Of a DNA stretch of 64,000 nucleotides, positions 41,660 to 51,982 are shown in pieces. The notes below the pieces were generated by a model. That model was not told where the DNA came from and searched no databases. It saw nothing but the letters and a program-made list of their open reading frames with translations. Origin of the DNA: an uncultured Verrucomicrobiae bacterium. GTDB taxonomy: Bacteria > Verrucomicrobiota > Verrucomicrobiia > Limisphaerales > UBA8199. The translations under genes and the position numbers were made by a program. The stretch lies in the NCBI GenBank assembly GCA_963822005.1, contig CAWGGD010000015.1:479555-543554 (forward strand). Direction: 5' to 3'. Position 1 is the first letter of the stretch. The number at the start of each line of letters is the position of its first letter.

Positions 41660-41806
41660 AACTGGCACTGACACGAGACTACAAAGAAACCGTCATGGCC
41701 CACAACCTGGGCATGATCGTGCGGAGTATCGCCGCCGACCTGGGCATCCGCCCCCGCGTCTTGGCAGCCGCCAGCCGTTGAGAGAGCATTTTCCTGGAAA
41801 CTGACC

Positions 41807-42535
41807 TCAGTTCTTGCGCTGAAGCTCGGCCCTGATCTGCATGAGGATGTCGTAGTAACGCCAGGCAGGCGGGGCATTGGGTTCCTGATGGTGATCCGGT
41901 TTGAGAACGAGGTCGCCCGTCGAGAGCAAAACCCTTTTGACTTGTGGGTTCTGGCGGACCTTTTCCCACGTCGCCGCAACGATAAGCCGGTAGTGTTCCC
42001 TCGGGGCGGTCGGTTTGTATTCGATTCGTTTTCCTTCAAAGGTCACCCATGCGATGCCCATCGCTTTCATGTTCTGGTCCCCCAGGGTGCCGGCCCGCTT
42101 GGCCTCAAACCCGGTTAACTGCGCGACTTGCTGCCGGGTGAAGGTCCAGCGCAGCCCGGGAAAGGTGGCGCGTGGGTCATCGGGGTCCTCGGGATACTTC
42201 ATCATCTGCCAAAATCCTTCGAGGCTGGCGTAGCGCTGGCCATGAAACACAAACGGCGTCGCGGCAAAGTTGGAAAGCAGGCCGAGTTCGTTGCGTTTGG
42301 AGAGAATCACCTCCCCGGGGCCTGCCTCCTGCGGCAGGATTTCCCACGCCGGCGCGCCTTCGCGGGGGACCGCCGCCCACCAATGGCTTGGATACCGCGA
42401 TTCCTGCAGGCCGGCTTGAGTTGGCGACTGTGCTTCGCGCGGGGATTGACAGCCGGCTAGCATCAGAAGCAGGAGCGATGTCAGGCTGCGGCGCACCGAA
42501 GTGTTTTGGCAGCTCTCGGGGAACCTTTCAAGCAT
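41807..42535 (-). CDS. NADAR-family (YbiA-like) protein with a lipoprotein-type signal.
   Basis: The LSNF...F...G..Y.S.E..FQ pattern, with lipobox LAGC. Confidence 0.5.
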   Translation of the reverse strand: MLERFPESCQNTSVRRSLTSLLLLMLAGCQSPREAQSPTQAGLQESRYPSHWWAAVPREGAPAWEILPQEAGPGEVILSKRNELGLLSNFAATPFVFHGQRYASLEGFWQMMKYPEDPDDPRATFPGLRWTFTRQQVAQLTGFEAKRAGTLGDQNMKAMGIAWVTFEGKRIEYKPTAPREHYRLIVAATWEKVRQNPQVKRVLLSTGDLVLKPDHHQEPNAPPAWRYYDILMQIRAELQRKN

Positions 42536-42610
42536 TCATGAAACCGTCAGTCGAGGCGGGAACCCATCGGCCAGTTGACCCGCAGGACCGGGTGCGGGAG
42601 GTTAGCCGGA

Positions 42611-42648
42611 GACTTTAGACTTTAGACTTTGGACTCTGGACTTTAGAG
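42611..42648. repeat. Heptamer tandem repeat (GACTTTA)x5, immediately 5' of hisA.
   Basis: Visible directly in the sequence. Confidence 0.8.
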
Positions 42649-42654
42649 TTCGGT

Positions 42655-43416
42655 ATGTTTCGGCCCTGCATTGATCTGCACGAGGGCAAAGTAAAGCAAA
42701 TCGTCGGCGGCACGCTCGGGGCCGAGCCGGGACGGTTGCAGACGAACTTCGTCTCGGATCGGCCCGCGGCTTGGTACGCCGAACTCTACCGGCGGGACGG
42801 CCTGCAGGGCGGGCACATCATCCTGCTCGGGCCGGGGAACGAAACCGAAGCCCGCGCGGCATTGCAGGCTTATCCCGGCGGGCTCCAAATCGGCGGCGGG
42901 GTCAATCTCGACAACGCGCGCGGCTGGCTCGACGCCGGCGCTTCGCATGTCATCGTCACCTCCTGGGTTTTCCGGGGCGGGAAGGTGGACTGGGCTCGCC
43001 TCGCGCAGCTTGTCCAGGGCATTGGCAAAGCGCGCCTGGTCTTGGACCTGAGCTGCCGCCGCCGCGGCGTCGATTACTTCGTGGTCACCGACCGCTGGCA
43101 GAAGTTCACCGATCTGGCGATCAGCCGCGAAAGCCTGGAAAACCTTGCCGCGTGGTGCGCGGAGTTCCTCGTTCATGCCGTGGATGTCGAAGGGCAGTGC
43201 CGTGGCATTGATCAGGAGCTTGTCTCCAACCTCGGACAGTGGTCCCCGATTCCGACCACCTACGCGGGCGGCGCCAGTTCGCTCGCCGACCTGGAAGCGG
43301 TCACCCGCTTGGGCCAGGGGAGGATTGACCTGACCATCGGCTCGGCGCTCGACATCTTCGGCGGCAGGGGGGTGAGGTATGAGGATGCTGTGGCGTTCAA
43401 TCAACGGCGGCCATGA
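42655..43416 (+). CDS. hisA: ProFAR isomerase of the His6/eukaryote-like HisA type.
   Basis: The N-terminus FRPCIDLHEGKVKQIVGGTLG is characteristic of this form. Confidence 0.8.
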   Translation: MFRPCIDLHEGKVKQIVGGTLGAEPGRLQTNFVSDRPAAWYAELYRRDGLQGGHIILLGPGNETEARAALQAYPGGLQIGGGVNLDNARGWLDAGASHVIVTSWVFRGGKVDWARLAQLVQGIGKARLVLDLSCRRRGVDYFVVTDRWQKFTDLAISRESLENLAAWCAEFLVHAVDVEGQCRGIDQELVSNLGQWSPIPTTYAGGASSLADLEAVTRLGQGRIDLTIGSALDIFGGRGVRYEDAVAFNQRRP

Positions 43417-43419
43417 GCC

Positions 43420-43902
43420 ATGAGCCCGCGACAATGGTTCCATGAGCACTCGCTGAAGCTGCTGGCGATTCGCGACACGCCGGAGGCGATCGCCGGCGGC
43501 GTCGCCATCGGCATCTACTTCGGCTTCACTCCCCTGGTCGGCCTCAAGACGGCCCTTACGATCCTTTTCGCCTGGCTGACCCGCAGCAACATCATCGCGG
43601 CGGTGATCGCGCAGGCGGCGCACGACGTCGGCTTTTTTCTCATGCCGGCACTCTACGTCTGGGAATACAGCCTGGGCTACTGGCTCTTGAGCCAGCCGCA
43701 CCATTGGCCGACGACACTCCCCAAGCTGAAGTGGGAAGGCATCTCTTTGCGCAACTGGCTTGGGTTTCTATGCGGCGTGGGCAAGCCCTTGCTGGTCGGC
43801 GGACTGCTTTTCCCGGCGCCGTTCTCGCCGATCGCGTTCGTGCTGACCAGACGCCTGGTAGCACGCCATCATCGCAAGAAGCATAGATCAGAAGAATCTT
43901 AG
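43420..43902 (+). CDS. DUF2062-domain membrane protein.
   Basis: The conserved DUF2062 core (AGGVAIGIYFGFTPLVGLKTALTILFAW). Confidence 0.7.
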   Translation: MSPRQWFHEHSLKLLAIRDTPEAIAGGVAIGIYFGFTPLVGLKTALTILFAWLTRSNIIAAVIAQAAHDVGFFLMPALYVWEYSLGYWLLSQPHHWPTTLPKLKWEGISLRNWLGFLCGVGKPLLVGGLLFPAPFSPIAFVLTRRLVARHHRKKHRSEES

Positions 43903-46414
43903 CGAGTAGAGATCGGCGTCCTTCAGGGCGAAACGCAGCCGGACCGCCTTGCCCGCCAGCCCGGCCACTCCCGGCCCGCTCGACCACGCAACGACATGGT
44001 CAATCTCATCGCCGATGATCTCCGGGCAATCCGCCAGCGCGTAGCCGGGGAAAGGTTTCCCGCCCTCATCCTGGATCTCCACCCGCACTCCGCCCGCGGC
44101 GCTGGTCTCGAAGTTAATCTCCAGCTTGCTGCCGGCGAACACAAACGGCTTCGTGACCATGTCCCCGCCCCGGAAGGGCGCATGCACCGAAACGAAGCCG
44201 TCCGTGCGCAACGCATACCGCGCCATGTGACACGTCGGCTGGGCGTAGTGCGACACCCGGTAAATGAACATCTCCCGCGCATTCGCGGGCGCCACTCCCA
44301 GCGCCGGCGTGTTGTCGCGCGCCACCCAATCCTCCGCACTTGGCCCCGGCCGGAGAAAGGCCTCCATGAACGTGCGGTCGTAATGGTTGCCGCCGCGGCT
44401 CGTGAAGAAGACTGAGTCGCTGGAAGCAATGCGGTAGCCGGGCTCGCTGACCAGCGCCCGGGCTTGGTCCGCCGGCAGCGCCGCTTTGGTTGGGAAGAAC
44501 CGCTTGGCCAGCGCGATGTAAATCTGCGGCGCGCGGTAATACGGATGCGTCCCGTTCGTGTAAAGATGTTCCGGCGGCGTGTCCCCGAACTCCATTTCCT
44601 CCGGCTCGGTCCAATGCACAAAGTCCTTGCTGGTCGTCCGCGAAATCCAGCGGAAGCCTTCCTTGCCGAACTTCTTCCAGGTGCGGAAATAGCAGACGTA
44701 TTGCTGCTCGGCCGTTGACCAGAAGGCTACATTCTGCGAATCAAAGATTCCCTTGGTGAAAACCGCTTCGGCTTGCAGCGGGCTCCAGTGCACCCCGTCG
44801 GCGGATTTGAAGGCGTGCAGGCCCGTCTTATGGTCGCCGGCCAGGGCTTTGTACCGCTCCGCTTTCGGCGTCTCGGGTCGCTCATCCAGGAAGGGGCTGA
44901 AGTTGTGCGCATATGGGGCGTTGGTCAGGATCACGTTGTTCTCCCGCGTGCCGCGTATCGCAAACAATCCCAGGTCGGGTTTCGTCCAGGTGATGCCGTC
45001 TTTCGATTCCGCGTAGCAGACGACCGCCACCGGGCTGTCGTCGCGGGTCGCAATCGGCAAGCCGCGATAATACATCCGGTAGGTCGGGCCGTCCTTGATG
45101 ACCGTCGTATAGCAGGAGAATCCTCCCTCCCACGGCCGGTCAAACTTCAACGCCACGCCTTCCCGCCGCGGCTCATGCAGCCTCAACTCCACGCCTTCCA
45201 TCTTCGCAATCAGGTAATGGTCCACAAACAACTCCCGCTGTGAGCCAAGCTGAAGGACCTGGTCCTCCAGCCACTCGGGCGAAAAGTGGGCAAACCTGAT
45301 TCTCTCATAGGCATTCGTTCGGCCACACTCGTAAAGACAGCCAATATCCTTATCGGGCAGCACGGTCAGACACGAATACGCGCACGGCCCCTCGTGCAAC
45401 GTCCTGGACACCGGCCACGCCTTGCCATCATCGCGGCTCACGCGCACCGTCAGGTTGTTCCGGCGCGTGCTCGCCGGGTTCGAGAACAGAATCCGCCCCG
45501 GTTCGTTCCCGCTCGGCCAGTTGTAACGCAAGATGCTCGCCTGGCACCGCGGCTCGACCAGTTCCGGCGCAGATTCCGGCGCCGTCCAGGTCTGCCCGCT
45601 ATCGCGGCTGAACGCCTGCGCGCGGCGGTTGGTTTTCGACGTGGTCCGCATGTTGATCAGCAACCCGCCTTGCCCATCGGACAGTTCGACGACCTGGCTT
45701 TCGTTCATTTCCGGACGCACCGTGCCGCCGAGCTTCCAACTCTGGCCGTGGTCATCGCTGTAGATGATATGCGAGCCGTCTCCAGCGGCAGGAACGCCCC
45801 CGTCACGGTTCGGCCCCTCAAAAGAATGATCGCAAGGCATAACCAACCGGCCCCGATGCGGCCCCTGCTGAATCTGGATCCCGACCCCCGGCCCCGTCGC
45901 ATACCAGCCCCAGGACGGGTCCTTGGTCGAGGCAGTGATATTCACCGGCGCGCTCCACGTCTTGCCCTGGTCCTCGCTCCGGGAAAGCCAAACCGTGCGC
46001 GCCGCCCCCGGCTTCCGCTCTCTGATCTGGCGTTCGCCCGTGTTGCCCGGATTATGCGTCAGCAGCAGCCAGATGATCCCGGTCTGTGCATCCAACACCG
46101 GGCAGGGATTGCCGCACGTGTTCGGGCCGTCATCCCAAACCACCTGCGGTTCGCTCCAGGTCTTGCCCCCATCGTCCGAGCGTTTCAGCAGCAGGTCAAT
46201 GTCGCCCGTATCGGACGCGCCGTGTTTTCGCCCCTCGCAAAAGGCCAGCACCGTCTGGTTGCTGGCGACGATCAACGCCGGAATCCGATACGTGTGATAC
46301 CCGCCCTGGCCCGAGACAAAGACATCCGTTTGCTCCAACGGCGCTGAAGCAGCTGCGCCACTGAAGACACCCCCCGCCAGCAACGCCGCCAGCCATCAGT
46401 CCCGCCCGATTCAC
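43888..46414 (-). CDS. Two-domain glycoside hydrolase: an N-terminal BNR/GH33 sialidase (exo-alpha-sialidase) fused to a C-terminal beta-propeller GH-like domain (~430 aa). A poly-G frameshift near 46389 separates the signal peptide.
   Basis: YRIP motif, BNR repeats (SxDxGxTW x4) and the sialidase Arg triad context. The C-terminal domain ends LRFALKDADLYSLRFF. Confidence 0.8.
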
Positions 46415-46457
46415 CCACCGACTGTAGCCGCCGATGTCAGAGGCTGCGTCAGAACCG

Positions 46458-46544
46458 CCTGTTTGGGAGGGCGAGCGTCCCCGCGAGCTCTGATCTTCCC
46501 AGGTTCCCCGCGCAGTATGGGCTCGCGGGGACGCTCGCCCTCCC
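46458..46544. repeat. Palindromic intergenic element, copy 1 (perfect 24-bp stem GGGAGGGCGAGCGTCCCCGCGAGC / GCTCGCGGGGACGCTCGCCCTCCC).
   Basis: Inverted repeat visible in the sequence. Two more copies lie at 55727-55852 and 62301-62406. Confidence 0.85.
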
Positions 46545-46567
46545 GAGCTCGGATTCTAATACAGTTC

Positions 46568-48510
46568 TCATCTCGTCACTTCAATTGAATCCACCACCAG
46601 CAGGCCGTCCGTCGCGGTCAGCACGACGGCGTGCGGCCCGTCCTTCAAGCGCGGGCTCTTCCAAACCGGCTGCGAAGGCGTGAGCCGCTCGGCGTGCAGG
46701 TCGAGGTTCGCCAGCACGCGCCCGTCCACCTTGATTTGCGCCTTGCCGAACTCCGGGCCGCGCGGACTCCACAACGTGAACTGCGCGGCCCTCCACGTTC
46801 CATTTGACGCGCGCCCCCGGGGCCTTCGAGAGCGCGGCCAGGCCGTAGCGGAATTCCGGTCCCGCGCAATTCCTGCCAATCCTTCCGGCTCCCGCCGGCG
46901 CCGAGGATCGCCTCGCTGAAGAGGAAGTTGATCACCGCCGGCTGCGGCTTGCCTTGAATGGTGAATTGCTCCACCACCAGGTGACTGTGCGGCTCGACCG
47001 CGATTCCCAGCACGGACAAGCCACTCGCCCGCCGCGGCGGCAGTTCCCCGCTCCAAAGCGCCCGCTCATCCACGAACAAGCTCGTCTCACCGCCCGGCTT
47101 GCGGTCCAGCCCCACCGCGACTGTCTTTCCGCCCGGGCGGGTGCCCGAGGCCAGCACTGTCTGCTCGCCGCTCGCGCCGAAACGAATCACCTTCCACTGC
47201 CCGTCGTTCAGTTCCACGGCGTCGCAGCGGCTCAGGGCCAGCGGATGCAGCGTGGCGTCCGATTGCGGCAGATTCGGCCCCAGCACGCCGTCATAATCCA
47301 CCAGCAGCCGCACCGTGCCGCGCATGCGCAGCCGCGCGTCGAGCCGAAAGCCCGCGAAGGCGCGCTGCAGCAACGTCAGGCTCGGCCCTTGATGACCCGA
47401 CATCACGAATCCGCTCTTCCGCAGCGGCTGGTTCCACGGCCGGGCGGCGACGTTGACCGTGCCCATCCCCTTCGGGTCGCGGCTGTGAAACGACACCTGC
47501 AACACGCCCTTCGCTATCCACCCACCCGGAGAACGTCTGCCCCCACAACCCGTAAGCCTCGTTCTCCACATCATCCGCGTGCCACACCGAGCCGTTCTGG
47601 ACCAGCTCCCACGCGCCCGGGTTCCGCCGCCCGTTCCAGCGGCGCGCGAAAGAGCGCGTTGTAATTGCGATTCAACGCCACCGAAGTCGCCGGCGCATAC
47701 ACGAACCCGCGATGCACGAACGCCGGATAATACTCCAGCAGCGGCGGATGGAACCCATCAGCCTCGACGTTCCGCAGCAGGACCCGCTCGCCGTAGGGGC
47801 CTTCCGGCTTGGGCGCCGTGATGCCGAACAGCGCCCAACTGTTCGGCGCGTGATCCATCATGGCCGACGATCATCCAATCGTGCTTCCGGCGCAGCAGCG
47901 TCGCCGCGTAGGTGCGCTGGTATCTGCCCGAGCAGCGGCGTCAATTCCTTGTTGAGCGTGATGGGTTGCGGCGCGCGGTGAAACGGCCCTTCCGGCTTCT
48001 CCGCCCAGGCGTAGCCCAGGCCGCCGGTCATGCGACCAGTCCGGCTCCCCCCAATCATAGACCATGTGATAGCGCCCGTCCGCATAGACGATGCTGACAT
48101 CCGGCGTCGAGCCGCCCTGGTCGAACATCTCCTTGCTCCCCTCCAGCACCACGCCGAGGTTCGACCACGATTGGCCGCGGTCGGTCGAGCGCAGCAGCAC
48201 GCAACGGCTCGGCCGCGCCGCGTAGCCTTCGGGATAATCCCCCACATAGATATACCAGTTGCCGCTGACCGGGTCGGCGAAGAAGAAGCTGTTGACCGGC
48301 CATTCGAACGGCGCCGCGCCGCGGTGCAGCGGATTCCGCGGCGCATGCACAAACGCATCGAACGACGGCCCGCCCATAGACCGGGTGCTGCAGCCACAGC
48401 CCAGCGTGGCGCGACTCCGCGTAATCCACCCCGCCGCGCCAAGCCCCGACTGCCGGCAGGACCACCAGCAGCGCGCAGCCCACCCACCGAACCATCGCGG
48501 CACATTTCAT
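46568..48510 (-). pseudogene. Glycoside-hydrolase-like beta-propeller protein with a C-terminal carbohydrate-binding-like domain. It is broken by at least 5 frameshifts.
   Basis: Protein-like segments run in ORFs 48055-48546 (signal), 47871-48503, 47858-48517 (tail), 47571-47861, 46645-47574 and 46568-47056. The density is about one shift per 400 bp. Confidence 0.5.
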
Positions 48511-48617
48511 GCCGCACGGATTAGCAGTTGCCGCCGCCGAAGACAATGACGGGTTGACCTGGGAACCGTTAAAGGCCCCTTCGGGGCAATACGCCCTCGG
48601 AATGCCCCCGCTAACGC

Positions 48618-50141
48618 CTACTTCTGTATCTTTCTCAAATCGAAGCCCGGCGGCCGCTCATACGCCGGCACCACCGCCGCGAACGAATCCAACCCCAGAT
48701 AATACCCGGTGGAGTGGTCCGATTTGCCCTTGCACTCGAAGCGCAGGACATGCGGCCCGGCGCTGAGCTTGTGCACCCCCCAATGGTCGGACTGCCGTTT
48801 GGTCTCTGCGCTATAAAGGTCCACTACCGCCAGTTCCTGGCCGTCGAGCGTCACACGGTAGATGCCGTAGTCATGGGAATGAATGAACTTGCCCCAGAGG
48901 TGCGCCGTGATGTCCTTGTCCACCTTGAACGAGAGCTCCACCCAGCCCTTGTCGTCCTTGGGGGTGAAGAATAGTTGTTTGTCCTCCTTGGAAATGCCGG
49001 GCAGGTCCTGCACCTGGATGGGAGCGTCCGAGTGCTTGGCCTTCGCCACCGCGCGCCAGCCGGTAATCAACTGCAACGTCTGCTCCGCCAACCGTTCCGG
49101 CCCCGGCGGCAGTGCCGGCCACGGCTTGTGCGGCTCCGTCTGATACCAGAAGGCGACCGACGACATCAGGTCATCGCGCTCGATGAAGCCGCTGCCCGTC
49201 TTGTCCGGGAAATCCTGCGAGCCTTTGTGCTCGATCTCCACGCGCAGGGATTTCTTGAACGGCACCGGGTCCGTGAGATGGAAGCGGTAAACCGAGCCGC
49301 GATTGCCCGCCGCATACCCTTCCCACAGCGGCACGCCGTAAAACGGGCCGTCATGCTGGCGGAAGCCCCAGCCGTCGCAGAAGTAGTCCTCCGTGCCCGT
49401 GCCGCGCAAGCGCGGCTCGGTTTCGCCGTCAATGAAGAAGAAATCATCCCCCTCGCCATACCAGCCGGCGGACATGTTTTGCACACTCTGCACCGTGCCC
49501 ACGTAATGGCCGCGGCCCGCGAGGTCGGCGATGAGGTAGTTGCGGCCCATCACGCATGGATATTCCTGCCGGTACATGGCATGGAAGTAGGCGGTGTCCT
49601 TGGGCAGCGACTTGTACGCCTGCCAGTCAAGGTAGTAGTAGAAGGCGCCGCACTTCCGGTTGCTTTCGTTGGTCACCGTGATGCGCGCGGATTTCCGGAA
49701 CGGCATCGGCCAGTAGCAATTCCGCCCCCTGCCCTCCGAAGACACCTTGATGGGCAGTGAAACAAAGGGCTTGTCCAGCCCGTGGCCGATGCCGAAGAAA
49801 TCGCCAATCGGGCACTCCACGCTGGGGTTCTTCTCGCCGTCCCAGTAGATCCGCAGCGTCAGCAACCGCGAATAGAACGGCACGTTGTGCGAGATCGTGT
49901 TCCAGAAGTGCGCGATCATGCCCGGGCCTTGCAGGTCCGCCACCACCAGCGTGCCGCCGGGTGGAATCGGCCGGGCGTCGCCGTTCCCGTTGCGCCAATC
50001 CAAGTCCGACGATGAGGCGCGCATGGCCTCGAAGTCCTTCAGCTTTTCCAGCCCCGCCAGCGGGTTGCCGGGTGACAGTTGAGCCAGTGCCTGCGCGCAG
50101 AACGCGAGCGCGAGTCCAAAAACAAGGAAGCGTGTTTTCAT
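48618..50141 (-). CDS. GH172/DUF2961-family protein with a signal peptide.
   Basis: RGTGTEDYFCDGWGF and the surrounding DUF2961 pattern. Confidence 0.8.
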   Translation of the reverse strand: MKTRFLVFGLALAFCAQALAQLSPGNPLAGLEKLKDFEAMRASSSDLDWRNGNGDARPIPPGGTLVVADLQGPGMIAHFWNTISHNVPFYSRLLTLRIYWDGEKNPSVECPIGDFFGIGHGLDKPFVSLPIKVSSEGRGRNCYWPMPFRKSARITVTNESNRKCGAFYYYLDWQAYKSLPKDTAYFHAMYRQEYPCVMGRNYLIADLAGRGHYVGTVQSVQNMSAGWYGEGDDFFFIDGETEPRLRGTGTEDYFCDGWGFRQHDGPFYGVPLWEGYAAGNRGSVYRFHLTDPVPFKKSLRVEIEHKGSQDFPDKTGSGFIERDDLMSSVAFWYQTEPHKPWPALPPGPERLAEQTLQLITGWRAVAKAKHSDAPIQVQDLPGISKEDKQLFFTPKDDKGWVELSFKVDKDITAHLWGKFIHSHDYGIYRVTLDGQELAVVDLYSAETKRQSDHWGVHKLSAGPHVLRFECKGKSDHSTGYYLGLDSFAAVVPAYERPPGFDLRKIQK

Positions 50142-50516
50142 GGTAGTATTTGGGTCAGTGTTAACTTTTGTCCGCCGCCGCATATACAAGGTTCGCGGAG
50201 TGAATGCAACAGGGGACTTCGGATGAGGGGGCGCTGCGGGCGCATTCGCTGGTTGCTTTCACTCCAGTACTTTCCGGGCTTGTTCACGTATTCTGGCCCG
50301 CCATGGCACAAGGTTCACAGAGCGCCCTACCGGGGTTGATAAAGCAGCGCCGGCGGAGGACTTCGGCGGGTGGTTTTTGTTCGGGGCTCTAAGAATTCGC
50401 TGAAGAGGCTCTGGCAGGCAGGTTGTTTCGCTTCTGGGTGCCAGCTCAGTGGGGTTCTGCGATGCGATTTTGCTAGGCGGCAGCGCCGCCCGGCGGCTAC
50501 GCTGCTGCACAGCCTT

Positions 50517-51960
50517 ATGAACACGGAACAACTCTACCAGGAACGCCTCAACCGCTACATCACCGCCATGCGCAACGAGAAGCCAGACATGATTCCGCTC
50601 CGGCCTTTCGTCGCCGAGTTCACCGCCAAGTACGCCGGCTACACCTGCCAGGAGGTCGCCCACGATTACAACAAGGCCTTCGAGGCTGCCCTCAAGACCG
50701 CCAAGGATTTCGGCTGGGAGGCCGTCGTGCCGAACATGGTCTATGTCTGGACCGGCCTCGCGCAGGCCGTCGGGCTGCGCTATTACGGCATCCCCGGCCT
50801 CGGCATTCCGCACACGACCGGCTTCAACTACATCGAGCCGCCCGAGGACCAGGCCTGGATGCGCGCCGACGAATACGACGCCCTCATCGCCGACCCGACC
50901 GGCTTCCTTTACAACGTCTGGCTCCCGCGCGTTTCCACCGAGGTCAGCAAGATCGGCCAGCCCGCCACCTACCGGAACAACCTCTCCTTCGTGAAGGGCG
51001 CCATGGCGATGCTCGCCTACTTCTACGCCTTCGGCCCCCAGATCGCCCGGCTCCGTTCCGAATGCGGCACCGCCTCGGCCATCGCCGGCATCTTCAAGGC
51101 GCCCTTTGATATCATCGCCGACAAGCTGCGCGGATATGTCGGCCTCACGATGGACATGGCGACGCAACCCGACAAAGTCCTCAAGGCCTGCGAAGCACTC
51201 ATGCCGCACTTGTGTCACGTGGGCCTGACCACCGCCGACCCGGGCAAGCAAGTGCCCATCGGCTTCTGGATGCACCGCGGGTGCGTGCCTTTCATCAACC
51301 CGAAGACCTTCGCCTCCCACAATTGGCCGACCCTCAAGCCCATCATCGAGGAGTTCTGGAAGAACGGCCACCAGACCTTGTTCTACGCCGAAGGCAAATG
51401 GCACCACCACTTCGACACCTTCCGCGAATTGCCCGACCGCAGCATCGTCTTCCATTGCGACCAGGACGACATCTTCCACGCCCACCGCAAGCTGCACGAC
51501 AAGTTCGCCCTGAGCGGCGGCATTCCCAATGTGCTGCTCAGCTACGGCAAGCCCGACGAAGTCCGCGCCTTCTGCCGGCGTGTGATTGATGAGGTTGCCC
51601 ACGAAGGCGGCTACATCATGGACGCCGGCGCCATCATGCAGGACGACACCAGCATCGAGAACATGCGCGTGATGACCGACACCGCGCGCCAGCACGGCGT
51701 CTATTCCGCCGGCAGCTACCCGCCGCCCGCGCCCACCCCACCGTGCGAACTGCCAGGCGTCAGTGGCCGACCGTCAGAAGCTCAGCGGCATGAAAGGCCG
51801 CCCGCAGCCGCGCGTGCGTCCCGGCGTCTGTTTCCCCTGGGAGGACCGCGTCAAAGAACTGCCCCAAATCACTGGCAGCCCCGACCTCATCCGCAAGATC
51901 TGGGAAGACATTGACGGCTTCGGCAACATGTACATCTGGCAATTGCTGCTGAGCTTCTAG
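50517..51960 (+). CDS. Uroporphyrinogen-decarboxylase (URO-D)-family protein (MtaA/CmuA-like methyltransferase fold). A frameshift near 51750 is likely.
   Basis: The N-terminal URO-D pattern (ERLNRYITAMRNEKPDMIPLRPFVAEF). A plausible C-terminus lies in ORF 51763-51960. Confidence 0.65.
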
Positions 51961-51982
51961 CCGACGTAACCCGGCTCAGCCT

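Noticed and set aside
45286-46347. A 353-aa plus-strand ORF.
   Set aside because: It is antisense to the sialidase fusion gene. The translation is Arg/Pro-rich.
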